Shown here piece by piece: positions 14,501-25,933 of a stretch of DNA of 64,000 nucleotides. Position 1 is the stretch's first letter; each line of letters begins with the position of its first letter. The stretch spans positions 60,202,001 through 60,266,000 of the forward strand of contig NC_043006.1 of assembly GCF_006345805.1 (NCBI RefSeq), in the 5' to 3' direction. Source of the DNA: Octopus sinensis. Taxonomy: Eukaryota. The translations under genes were made by a program, and so were the position numbers. The notes under the pieces were generated by a model that had not been told where the DNA came from, made no database searches, and was given only the letters and a program-made list of their open reading frames with translations.

Positions 14501-15891
14501 AAAATAACGGACAAGTTGATTGTACAAACAAACCCTGCCGCTGTACTCATAAAGGACAAACTTATGGAATTGGTACTAAATTTTCGGATGGTTGCAATCA
14601 ATGCGAATGTTTAGCAACTGGATATGTCCGATGTTCAACCAATGGTTGTTGTAAGTACAACAACCAGATATATATAGTAGGACAAAAATTTAAACAGGGC
14701 TGTAATACGTGCACATGCAAAGCCGATGGGACTGTAGACTGCACAACAAACCCATGTACCTGTACTTATAAATATAATGTTTATAATTTCGGAGCAGAGT
14801 TCAAGGATGATTGTAATACTTGCAAATGTAAAAATAACGGACAAGTTGATTGTACAAACAGACCCTGCCGCTGTACTTATAAAGGACAAACTTATGGAAT
14901 TGGTAATAGATTTTCGGACGATTGCAATCAATGCGAATGTTTAGCAACTGGATATGTCCGATGTTCAACCTATCTTTGTCAATGTAAGTACAACAACCAG
15001 ATATATAAAGTAGGAGAAACATTTAAACAGCGCTGTAATACGTGCACATGCAAAGCCGATAGGACTGTAAACTGCACAACAAACCCATGTACCTGTACTT
15101 ATAAATATAATGTTTATGATTTCGGAGCAGAGTTCAAGGATGATTGTAATACTTGCAAATGTAAAAATAACGGACAAGTTGATTGTACAAACAAACCCTG
15201 CCGCTGTACTCATAAAGGACAAACTTATGGAATTGGTACTAAATTTTCGGATGGTTGCAATCAATGCGAATGTTTAGCAACTGGATATGTCCGATGTTCA
15301 ACCAATGGTTGTTGTAAGTACAACAACCAGATATATATAGTAGGACAAAAATTTAAACAGGGCTGTAATACGTGCACATGCAAAACCGATGGGACAGTAG
15401 ACTGCACAACAAACCCATGTCCCTGTACTTATAAAAATAAGGTTTATAATTTGGGAAATCAATTCAAAGATGGCTGCTTTAATTGTACTTGTCAATATAA
15501 TGGTGAGGTTAGCTGCACTGAAGTACCTTGTTCCTGTAATTACAACGGTAAAATTTATGAAATTGGTTCTGTATGGTATAATGATTGCAACAAATGTCAG
15601 TGCAACTCCGATGGGAAAGTCGATTGTGAGCAAAAACCATGCAGTAAGTCCTGTATACATAAAGGAAAAACTTATTCTGTCGGTGAAACATTTAAAGATG
15701 CCTGCAATACTTGTAGATGTGGACAGTTTGGTCAAATAAGCTGTACTAAAATGTACTGCCCCCCGACAACATGCCAGTATTATGGAAAATCTTACAAAGA
15801 TGGAGAAATGTTCATGAGTCAAGATAAGTGCAATGTTTGTCGATGTTCGATTGGGAAGGTCAAGTGTACCAAGTATGACTGCTATCGTTTG
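11524..15891 (+). CDS. Exon 2, copy 1: 39 tandem six-Cys VWC/pacifastin-like modules (~1456 aa; five small frameshifts in this assembly)
   Basis: Acceptor ctcttctttacAG at 11523 and donor GTGAGT at 15892. Module consensus C-x-Y-x-G-x2-Y-x2-G-x2-F-x3-C-N-x-C-x-C-x3-G-x-V-x-C-T-x3-C with 111-bp period. Layout is 10 modules + 8 ABC triplets + 5 terminal modules. Indels near 12305 (+2), 12443, 13441, 13506 and 14349 (-1 each) sum to the required phase. Confidence 0.88.
12658..15312 (+). repeat. Coding 333-bp tandem repeat (8 triplets of 111-bp modules)
   Basis: A-module starts (tgtaagtacaac) at 12658, 12991, 13324, 13655, 13988, 14321, 14650, 14983 and 15313. Confidence 0.95.
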
Positions 15892-16483
15892 GTGAGTAAA
15901 GTGTTTTATTAGTGTTTTACTGTCCCTAACGTAACTAATTTAATCCATCCTTTACCCTTTGCAACCCCTATTTTATTTCTCATATTAAACAGAAAATAAT
16001 CACCCAGCAATTAGATGATATTTAGCATACAAACTGTTCTCTTCTAAGTTTTTTCATGTATATGCATACATTCAATAATATACATGGAAGAAATGGTTGA
16101 CTTACAATTTTCAATTTAATGTTATTGACACTTATGTAAAATTTGCACGACATTGCTCTTAATGTTAGAAATATTTATGTATATTTAAGAAATATTTATT
16201 TTTCAACTGTTTAAATAGTGATACAGACTCTTTGGAGATACATTTGTGAATTATTCTATATACGGGATATTTCAGGATATAGCTTATGAGAGTGTGAATT
16301 GGGCTTTAAAATCTGGGCTCTGATGAATTTTTAATACTTTGTATAATCATGTGATATTTAATCTAACGTATAATTGTTCAAATCTAAATTTTGTATTGTA
16401 CTTAGTCATACTAAATTTGAAATACAATGTGTATATCCAGTCCGATAAATATATTAATTTCTTGCAAATTTATTTTATTGCAG

Positions 16484-16501
16484 AAACAACAGTACGGATG
16501 A
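16484..16501 (+). CDS. Exon 3, copy 1 (KQQYG-stop)
   Basis: tttattgcAG acceptor, phase 0 as required, in-frame TGA at 16499-16501 and AATAAA at 16563. Identical in all three copies. Confidence 0.75.
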   Translation, partial: KQQYG

Positions 16502-16562
16502 AGAACTATTAATTTATTTTGATATTTTCAATAATTGTGATACCTGAAATATAATTTTTTAA

Positions 16563-16568
16563 AATAAA
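16563..16568 (+). terminator. Polyadenylation signal AATAAA, copy 1
   Basis: 61 nt after the stop codon. Conserved at 39400 and 51639. Confidence 0.6.
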
Positions 16569-16785
16569 ACATATATCTACCACAATTTCGTTGTTTAATC
16601 TATAAATTTAATTTTTTTCATTAGAATGATAGTCAACCGAGTTATCCATTTAACTTTTAGGCTGAGTTATTTCTTATTTGCATTTTAGTATTTCTAATCT
16701 ATTTCCAATATAAACAAAATTTCAACTCAGCCGCGAAAATGCAAACGTAAAAGATTTGATACAATTATATAAAAAATAAATAAAT

Positions 16786-17010
16786 GCGCCCTCTTAAAGC
16801 CTAGCCAGGCTCATGGGCTCGGTTTCCCGGTTTCTATGGCATATGTGTTGCCCAGCTGTACGGGACGCCAGCCCATCGCAGCGTTACTCATTTTTGCCAG
16901 CTGAGTGGACTGGAGCAATGTGAAATGAAGAACACAACGAGTCGTCCGGTCCAGGAATCGAAACCACAACCTTACGATCATGATGCTGACACTCTAACCA
17001 CTGAGCTGCG
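16786..17010 (-). mobile_element. tRNA-derived SINE, family C
   Basis: Minus strand: gctcagtggttagagtg (A box), ggtttcgattcc (B box), gctccagtccactcagctg core. Also at ~39992-40215 and ~51862-52085. Confidence 0.7.
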
Positions 17011-17430
17011 GGAGAAAAACTTTCTTAATCTTTCATGCCGGTCAACGACCCTGCATTGATGAACATCTCTTCCAAAGGGAATATTTGTAGACAACTGCTT
17101 CAAAACCTGTAGCGTCTTTAGACTGATTATAAATTTATATTTATACCAATAATTCTTGGTGAATTATGGTAATGTTTAATTTTTAAAAAATTCTTTTACT
17201 TGTTTCAGTCATTTGACTATGGCCATGCTAGAACACTGACATAAAGGGTTTTAGTCGAAGAAATCTACCCCAGAACTTATTCTTTGTAAGCCTAGTACTT
17301 ATTCTATCGGCAATAGAAATTGCCGAACCGCTAAGTTACGGGGACATAAATGCACTAGCATCGGTTGTCAAGCGATGGCGAGGGGGCATGCAGACAAACA
17401 CACACACACACACACACACACACAGATATA

Positions 17431-18634
17431 TATATATCTATAAAGCTGAAGTTGTGTGTGTGGAAGGTTTGGGAGCCTTCAACTAACACTATCTCCTCCG
17501 AGACCCTGCTTCGCGAGTTGACCAAAATTGAGAGTATGATAGATGAAGGCTTGCTCTTCATTCCGTAGACGAAAAAATTAAAATTGGACCATGTTAAGAC
17601 CAAAAATTATTTACATGAAAAAGCAGTGCAGTTTGAAACTTGAGCTTCAATACAGTGCAAGGGAGATAACTAATGTTAATAATTTGTCTACAAAATTCTT
17701 CCCGGTTCTGGAAAGAGAGAGGACGTTTTAATAACTAAGATTACACTTACGACATCAGGAGCTGATGCACCCTACTGTTTCAGAAGGACACAGTTTCCCC
17801 TACGTGTTGTATTTGCCATGTCCATAAACAAACCACAGGGTCAGACATTATCCGTGGCAGGGCTTCACTTGCAGGAGCCATGTTTCTCACATGGACAATT
17901 ATACGTTGGATGTTCCCGAGTCGGTAGTCAGAACAACCTATTTGCTTTGGCTCCATCTGAAAGAACAAAGAACGTTGTCTATCTCGACGAGCTGTAACCA
18001 TATTTCATCAACGACTATACTATGCATTGCCTTATATTAACTGTGTTTCTGAATGAATCTATATCTATAAAGCTGAAGCTGTGTGTGTGTGTGTGTGGCA
18101 TGTTTGGTAGCCTTCAACTAACACTATCTCCTCCGAGCCCCTGCGACGCAAGTTGACCAAAACTGAGAGTATGATAGAAGGCTTGCTCTTCATTCCGTAG
18201 AAGAAAAAATTTAAATCGAACCATGTTAAGACCAAAAATTAGTTACATCACAAAGGTGCTTTTTTTTCTATGAAAAGCCCTATGTTCTACGATTTTTTTA
18301 CTGCTGTGTACTTTTTCTTAATGAATACTGTTGCAGTGTTAACTTCTTAATAGATTTTCTGTGCAGTTCGAAACTTGAGCTTCATTTTGCTTTAAATCTA
18401 CGGGTAAATTGTTTTCTCCATAATGTTAATAGTAGGAATATTAACTAACAGTACCAACAATTGAAGTCGGCATTACACATTTGCAGCACATTCAGGGCAA
18501 ACTCGAGGATCGCCACACTATACCTTTATTCATAGATTGAAACTATGGCAAAACTTTGTTAACGCGACATCAAAGTCTGCTGTTTTAAGCGCAACTAAAA
18601 AACAAACCCGAGCAACGCCGGGCTATACTGCTAG
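17431..18634 (+). mobile_element. Non-autonomous Helitron composite (two 5' heads, RepHel tail, one 3' end)
   Basis: Heads (t)atatctataaagctgaag at 17431 and 18058. The 3' end is a cccg-agcaacgc-cggg hairpin + CTAG (18631-18634). Caveat: the 3' flank is C, not the usual T. Confidence 0.8.
17704..17997 (+). pseudogene. Helitron RepHel Pif1-like helicase C-terminal fragment
   Basis: Open frame without ATG: ...FRRTQFPLRVVFAMSINKPQGQTLSVAGLHLQEPCFSHGQLYVGCSRVGS...TKNVVYLDEL*, matching the Helitron helicase motifs FAMTINKSQGQT and FSHGQLYVACSRV. Confidence 0.88.
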
Positions 18635-18661
18635 CACACACACACGCACACACACATACAA

Positions 18662-18708
<47 letters not shown>

Positions 18709-18959
18709 CAACGGAACCTTTCAATTTCCGTCTACCAAATTACCAAATCCATTTACAAGGCTTTGGTCAGCCCGAGGCTATAGTAGTTGACAGTTGTCCA
18801 AGTGCTACGCAGTGGGACTGAACCCGGAACCATGTGGTTGAGAAGCAAGCTTCTTATCGTTAACAAATGTCAACAATCTCAAAAGTGAGCACTTCAGGCA
18901 AAAGAAGTCATCAACAAATAGGTTGTTTGCAAATAAATTTTACAACTGCAGTGTTCAAC

Positions 18960-19497
18960 TGGTACTTATTTTATCGACGCCGAAAGGATGAAAGGCAAAG
19001 TCGATCCCTGCGAAATTTGAACCCAGAAAGTAAAAACGGATCAAATGTCGATAATCATTTTACCCTGCGTGCTAAATTTCCTTATTTCTTTATTGTCCAC
19101 AAGGGGCTAAACATAGTGGGGACAAACAAGGACAGACAAAGGGATTAAGTCGATTACATAGACCTCAGTGCGTAACTGGTACTTATTTAATCGACCCCGA
19201 AAGGATGAAAGGCAAAGTCGACCTCAGCGGAATTTGAACTCAGAACGTAGCGGCAGGCGAAATACCTATTTCTTTATTGCCCACAAGGGGTTAAACACAG
19301 ACGGGACAAACAAAGACAAACAAAGTGATTAAGTCGTTTACATCGACCTTAGTGCGTAACAGGCACTTAATTTATCGACCCCGAAAGGATGAAAGGCAAA
19401 GTTTACCTCGGCGGAATTTGAACTCAGAACGTAACGGCAAATGAAATACGGCTACGCATTTCGGCCGGCGTGCTAACGTCTCTGCCAGCTCGCCGCC
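18960..19497 (-). mobile_element. SINE family A tandem cluster (head + two 184-bp internal units + variant fragment)
   Basis: Repeats of cgaaaggatgaaaggcaaagtcgacctc...gaactcagaacg. Confidence 0.75.
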
Positions 19498-19735
19498 TTA
19501 GTGTGTTTAAATATGAATATCGAAAAAAGAAGGGGTTAAACTAATATACCCTTTGTAATTTTCATAAAGTACACATATCAATATATACTAGTTCCTAGTT
19601 CCGTATGAAGCTATTTTCTGGGGTGACAAATAAGTAAATTTTATTTTAAAGCAAATGGTTCGTTGGGAGACATTTCGACTATAGTCATAACATTCACGCT
19701 CCATATCCGTGAGCTAACCCAGAACTGCATACTAT

Positions 19736-19814
<79 letters not shown>

Positions 19815-19959
19815 TATTTACATGTGTACTTGCCTATATATTGTTTTGATCTGAGATTGTGTGCTGAAACTGGCCATTAGGAAATACACAAAGAAAGTTA
19901 ACTTCAATTAAACTTTTATTTTAAGAACTTTTCGCGGACTGCTTCCTTGTTCTAAGGAA

Positions 19960-20155
19960 TAGACACGATGTTTACGCCAGGGAAAATGGTTGGCGACATT
20001 TCGTCTTCATGTTCTGAGTTCAAATTCCACCGATGTCCACTTTGCCTTTCATCCTTTCGGGGTCGATAAAATAAGTACCCGTTGAGTACTGAGTTCGATG
20101 TTATCGACTTAACCCCTTCTCCGATATTGTTGGCCTTGTGCCAAAATTTGAAAGT
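19960..20155 (+). mobile_element. SINE family A-related element with variant 3' end
   Basis: gagttcaaattccacc B box plus gcctttcatcctttcggggtcgataaaataagtacc core. Confidence 0.6.
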
Positions 20156-21174
20156 AATATTTTTAGAGAATTTGAGCAAAATCAATAAACTGGTAAATAT
20201 CGCACTAATTCCAATGTTCAACAATGAATTGCTAGGTTACCTATTGTCGTTCTTCCAAAATTTGGTTAAATTTCGATACTTTCACCCTCACGAGTTTCAC
20301 TAAGAAAAGAAAAATCAGATTATTCGCATGGAATTAAGTGAAATCGGAAAAAAGGGGTGGGGAAAACTGGACCCCATCCATTCCGGAATCATTGGAATAT
20401 TTTATATTTTCGTTGAATGAATTGCAGTGACCTAATATGCCACAAAATGCTTTTTTGGTCCGGAAAACGGGGTGGAACCCTTGGAAATTTCACCTCCCCG
20501 TTCTCATTGGGAAGTACACCCGCACGATTTTCACTAAGAAAAAAGAAATTCGAATTTTTTTCATGGAATCAAGTACTCTGACCTCCTAATATGCAGAAAA
20601 CCCCATGATTCTTTTCGGAAAAAAGATGGGGAGAGAAGCCGGATCCTCCATCTTGGAATCATTGGATGTTCTTTTTTCGTTGAATGAATTACGGTGACCT
20701 CCTAATATGCCACAAAACCCTTTTTTGGTCCGGAAAACAGAGGGTGGGGCGTGGAACACACGGAAATTTTACCCCACCACTCTCAACATTTTACAAAAAT
20801 ACGTTTTCCAGAGTGCGGATTACTTGGTTCGTTATTCAATAAATAGAGAATGTGGATTAATATGTTCACATGTATATTGTGTGTATTTTATGCTGAAAAT
20901 ATTTTTTGTGAAGTCGTAATGAATGCATATATATATGTATAGATGGCGTGTGTGTCTGTATAAGTAGACAGGTAAAAATTTACCTACAAAGTACTACTTA
21001 CTTCTTTGCTGTCAAATCATTAATTAATCCCAACAAAATACACACTTTTTCTCCACTAAATATTTTCAGTTTTATACCAGTGTTTTAGAAACAGAAAACA
21101 AAAATCTTTCGCGCGCAAACACACTTCGGTTTCTTTTTTGTGTGAGAGGGAGAGAGAGGGAATAAATGTTTTCT

Positions 21175-21430
21175 CAGAACGTAGCGGCAGACGAAATACT
21201 TATTTCTTTACAGCCCAAAAGGGGTTAAACACAGAGAGGACAAACAGGGACAGACAAACAGATGAAGTCGATTACAACGAACCCAGTGCGTAACTGGCAC
21301 TTATTTAATCGACCCGAAAGGATGAAAGGCAAAGTCGACCTCGGCGGAATTTGAACTCCGAACGTAACGGCAGACGAAATACGGCTACGCATTTCACCCC
21401 GGCGTGCCAACGTTTCTGCCAGCTCGCCAC
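21175..21430 (-). mobile_element. SINE family A
   Basis: Same core and head as the element at 9334-9553. Confidence 0.7.
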
Positions 21431-21801
21431 CTTTAAATAGAGGGAAATATTAGAGTTCAATATGAGGAGTTATTTTGGAAAAGGAAGCAAATAAGGAGTA
21501 TATAGGGAAATAGAATGTAGAGATAAAAATAAAAATGTATAAAGATGTTATAGTTACAGTTCCATTTTCCAAGGAAAGTGGTTGAAATGCTTCCTGTCCG
21601 TGGTTTGTAAATTCTAATATGTATGTACACGTGCATGTAGGCGTGTATATGTGCGCACGTGTATGCGTTTATGCATGTATTTAGGGGTATGCGTGTGTGC
21701 GCATATATATATATGTGTATGGATGTGCATGTATGTTTGTATGGGCATCTGTATGTATACGTATGTGCGTATATATTTGTACGTGTATATGTATCTGTAT
21801 G

Positions 21802-21849
<48 letters not shown>

Positions 21850-22433
21850 GATGCATGCATGCATACAGGTTTAAATACACTAGTACGCAAGTCTATATAA
21901 TAATGCATTTCACACACACATACATGTGCATGTGTGCGTGCGTATATCGATATACACTTCTCTCTTTCCTTCTCTCTGATTCCTCTCTCCATACTATAAC
22001 ATTAGCCAGTTGAATAAGCATATAAATCTATTTATAGAAACTTGACCAGTCTTAGTATTCTTCCCTTCCAATTTGTGGTTTACTACTGACTTTAGAAACC
22101 CTCCTCCTATATCTTTTCCTGTACCCATTCCTTAACACCATTCTAACATATCACTCCACCTCACACATATTCACTACATACATTCTTATCACTTCTTACC
22201 CTCCCCTACTCCTCTCCCATCCCCCCCTCATAATATCTTGACCACCATCTAACACTCCTCCTTTCACTTTTTTCACTTCCTTACACTTTTTCATTTTCTC
22301 TTCTTTTTTTCATTTTCTCATCCTGTCTTCATCTTCTCTTCCTATTTCTTTCCTTCTTCTTTTCTCACCTTTTCCTTTGACCTCTTTCTTCATTTTAACA
22401 TACACAGCTCTTCTCCCCTCTCTATCCACTAAC

Positions 22434-22783
22434 ATATGATCACCTAAATCCCCAAACTGCAACCCCTTTGATTATTATGTGTGAGGCGCTGTTGGGCGAG
22501 AGATTAACAAAACTCCTTGTAACACCAAAGATGAACTGAAAGCAAGGATTATGGCAGCATTCACCAACTTAAAGAAAGAGACAGTCCAGAAGAGTTGCAG
22601 GAGATTCCGAAATAGTTTGGATGCTGTGGTTGATCCCAATGGCGATTTTATTGAATAAATTTACTTTTTAGTATTTCAAGATATTTTTATGTAATTTTAG
22701 TAAATATATCTGTTAAAATGAGATGTCGGTGTTATTTTCATTTTTGCATAATTTAAACAACAATATATTCACCACACCCTGTA
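22434..22783 (+). mobile_element. Tc1/mariner 3' remnant (transposase C-terminus + right TIR end + TA)
   Basis: SP.CNPFDYYV*GAVGREINKTPCNTKDELKARIMAAF...NGDFIE* (stop at 22656-58) matches the WPPxSPDLNP region onward. It ends ...caccacaccctg|TA. Also at 45458-45804 and 59340-59689. Confidence 0.8.
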
Positions 22784-23553
22784 TGTGTGTTTTACTGTAT
22801 ATGTTAGTTTTACTGTCTCCTTGCCTTAAATTCGAGCAGTGGTTTTGTGTGTCATTAATGCAAGAGATGTTCTTCGTTTTCAGCCTTCCACATAATCAGG
22901 CCTAGGCTTGGATACCTTTCCCATCGACTATCCTCACATGCTTCCATATGAGGGTTGGCGACGGGGGTGACATTCGGCTATACAAAATCTGTCTGTTCCA
23001 TGCGAGCGTGGACGTTTCATATATATTCATATTGCATGGATTATAATATTTTCAACCGAAATGTTACAACCGTATCTGATTGATCAAGTGCTTCAGTTCT
23101 GCTTATGTACATATATTTACTCCATTGCTAGCATTTATCAATGGTTTCTCTCATTGTCTCGATGCACCATTTTCTATCATTAATAAAACCGTCGACATTT
23201 TTGACAACACAGGTATGCTTGTTTGCTAATAATATCTTGTATTAAAAACTAAGTGTGGACGTGAAAATGCTTCTACATTTGTGCTTTAAATGTAAACTTG
23301 TTAAAATGTTAGCCCTTCGTTTAATGGAATAACGGCAAGAGTTTGTTTTAGTGTAATTAATAACATTTGTTGGGTTTTAGATGCGTGAAACGTGTAATAG
23401 ATTTCCACCCTTTCTCCTTCCAAAGGGTTTTTTCTTTGTCTTAGTAGCTATTGTTTCTAACTGCAATCATTTCGAGACACATCGTTAATAAAACTCATTT
23501 ACACATTTCACCATAATTCTATGCCTCCGTTTTATTTCTCGCTGTATACGTAC

Positions 23554-23754
23554 GGCGCAGGCATGGCTGTGTGGTAAAAAGCTTGCTCCCCAATCACATG
23601 GTTCCAAGTTCAGTCCGTGGCACCTTGGGTAAGTGTCTTCTACTTTAGCCTCGGACCGACCAAAACCTTGTGAGTGGATTTGGTAGACGGAAACTGAAAG
23701 AAGCCTATCATATATATATATATATACACACACACGCACACACACGCACACACA

Positions 23755-23795
<41 letters not shown>

Positions 23796-24020
23796 ACACA
23801 CACACACACACACACAAATGAATATGTTTTGTGTCTGTCGCTTGACAACTGATACTGGTGTATTTAGGTCCCAGTAATGTAGCGGTTCGGCAAAATAGTC
23901 CGATAGAATAAGTACTCGGCTTACAAAGAACAAGTTCTGCGGCGGATTTCTTCGACTAAAACCTTTTAAGGTGGTGCTCCAGCATGGCTGTAGTTAAATG
24001 ACTGAATCAAGTAAAAGAGT
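23554..24020 (+). mobile_element. SINE family B with internal (TA)n(CA)n
   Basis: ggcgcaggcatggctgtgtggtaa...ggttccaagttcagtcc head; 3' end tgactgaatcaagtaaaagag. Confidence 0.75.
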
Positions 24021-24368
24021 ATATATATATTTAAAACGTTTTGAGATTGTCTCTACAGATTCTCTATCGAAATTATAGCCAGCACTGATTTGTGACAACA
24101 TTTCATATTCAAATACGTCTAATGTAAACAGTGCAATCGAAGATAGAAAAAGTATGTAATGGATTTATATGAACATTGCCTCAACACATCTAACCCATTA
24201 ACTGTTCACGAACTCATTGTTTAAATAGCTACAAAATATAGCGGTGCAACACTAGTGGATCTACCAGTTGTACACATCTATAGTCTTCATTGTAACTACC
24301 TTGATTTCCCCTATGTGACACTTTTAAAAATCTCACCTTAATTTTCTCCCCTGTCTCCCCTACTACCT

Positions 24369-25269
24369 GACATAGATGCCAATTTAAAGAATGCCACAGT
24401 ATTGAAATATGCAGACGACATCAAGCTGTACCTTGAAATCAAGAGGACAGATCCTGATGTCTACAACTCTTTCCTGCAATCAGACCTAGACACAATGCAG
24501 CAATGGATCACAGACTGGCAACTGAAACTGGCCGTGGACAAGTGTACCACCATGCATTTTGGGAGAAAAAACCCTGCGTCCACATACTCCCTCCACAACA
24601 CTGATATCAAGAAATCCTCTTGCGAGCGTGACCTAGGCATCACTGTCAGCAGTGATTTGCGTTGGACAAAGCATATCTCTAAAATTGTCAAGAAGGCCGA
24701 GGGTGTCTTGGCATCACTCAGCAAGACTTTTGTTAGCCGCTCTCCAGCCATCTATTTAAAACTGTATACAGCTATGGTACGACCACACTTGGAATTCGCA
24801 TCATCAGTTTGGAACCCCTATCTTGCTCAGAACATTGACCTCCTGGAATCTGTCCAGAGACGTGTAACCAAACGTATACCGTCCATCAGACACCTACCAT
24901 ATTCTGAGCCCATTGTTTCCCTGGGAATGGATTCACTGAAGCTCCGGCGTCTGGCGACGGACTTGGTAAACACCCACAAAGTTATCAACCACCTCACCAA
25001 CAACAACACTGAACACCTTTTTGATCTCCATGTGTCTAACACACGTGGACATGCCTACAAAGTCAGAAAACAACACAGCTCCCATGACTTTCGGAAACAT
25101 TTTTTCACGCTCAGAGTTGCTGAAGCATGGAATAAACTGCCTGCGTCAGTTGTTGACTGCCATGACACTGCATCCTTTAAGGCCCTCATGCTTTCCGAAA
25201 TCCGCCGAAACTACACCTGATTATATATACACTTTAGATGAGTTGTAGTGCACCTGAGCACTGTACACA

Positions 25270-25306
<37 letters not shown>
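24369..25306 (+). mobile_element. 5'-truncated CR1-group LINE (RT YADD to C-terminus, 3' UTR, (TTA)n tail), copy 1
   Basis: The ORF 24402-25220 contains KYADD, ERDLG, LYTAMVRPHLEF..VWNP, LESVQRRVTK and FFTLRVAEAWNKLP. Homology starts abruptly at DIDANL, and the element ends in a (TTA)n tail. Confidence 0.9.
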
Positions 25307-25307
<1 letters not shown>

Positions 25308-25933
25308 TTACCGTTGCTCTATTTTAATTTACCTCTCTCCCTTTCTCTCTCTCTCTCACTCTCTCTCTATCCAACATTTCCTCTGCTTTTCCTGTCACCT
25401 GCTTCTGCTGATCACCACTCTTTTCTATCGCCCTTTGCGTCCAATTATATTTAGATTATATTTAGATGAAGGTCATTTTATTATTCTCCCCGTGCACTAG
25501 AACTCTTCCTCTTTCAAGAGGAAAGGCACCATCCTTTATACTCTGTATCTACTTGTTTTCTACAAGTTTTATATTTCCCCTCTGTGCGTTTTCAGTGGCA
25601 AAACTTGATTTCATTTCGTTCAAACTGGTAATTTCCAGACTAATCATCGAAACGGTTCCTAACCGCCGAAATCGTGTAACTCTTGCAGCATTATAGACCC
25701 TTGGGCAAATCACTGCACAGGGCTCTATAGTATTTATTTATTGACAGCAAGCCACGTCATACAAAGATTAGGATTGGACCCTTAGACCTATGAGGCCCCT
25801 AGACAACTGCGTATTGTGCCGATGCTTTGAAGTAGCACTGGACTCTGTATTAAAAACGTCGGCTGATGAAATGGGTTTATATGTATGTCTGTCTTTTCTT
25901 CTCTCCTTTGATTGTCGTACATGACATGGTAAG

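Larger units (their letters stand above)
17187..18856 (-). mobile_element. SINE family B (internal TA/CA microsatellite) split by a Helitron insertion
   Basis: The 3' half is at 17187-17430 and the tRNA-like 5' half at 18635-18856, in matching orientation. Intact family members are at 23554 and 26827. Confidence 0.7.

Noticed and set aside
12476-15822. Recurrent 73-aa and 99-aa minus-strand ORFs (MIAIVRKS..., MFLLLYIS...)
   Set aside because: Antisense shadows of the 333-bp coding repeat.
24402-25220. Intact 272-aa ORF as a host gene or active LINE
   Set aside because: It starts at TTG within the RT domain just before YADD, lacks the endonuclease and most of RT, and ends in a (TTA)n tail. 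It is a 5'-truncated insertion copied by the segmental duplication.
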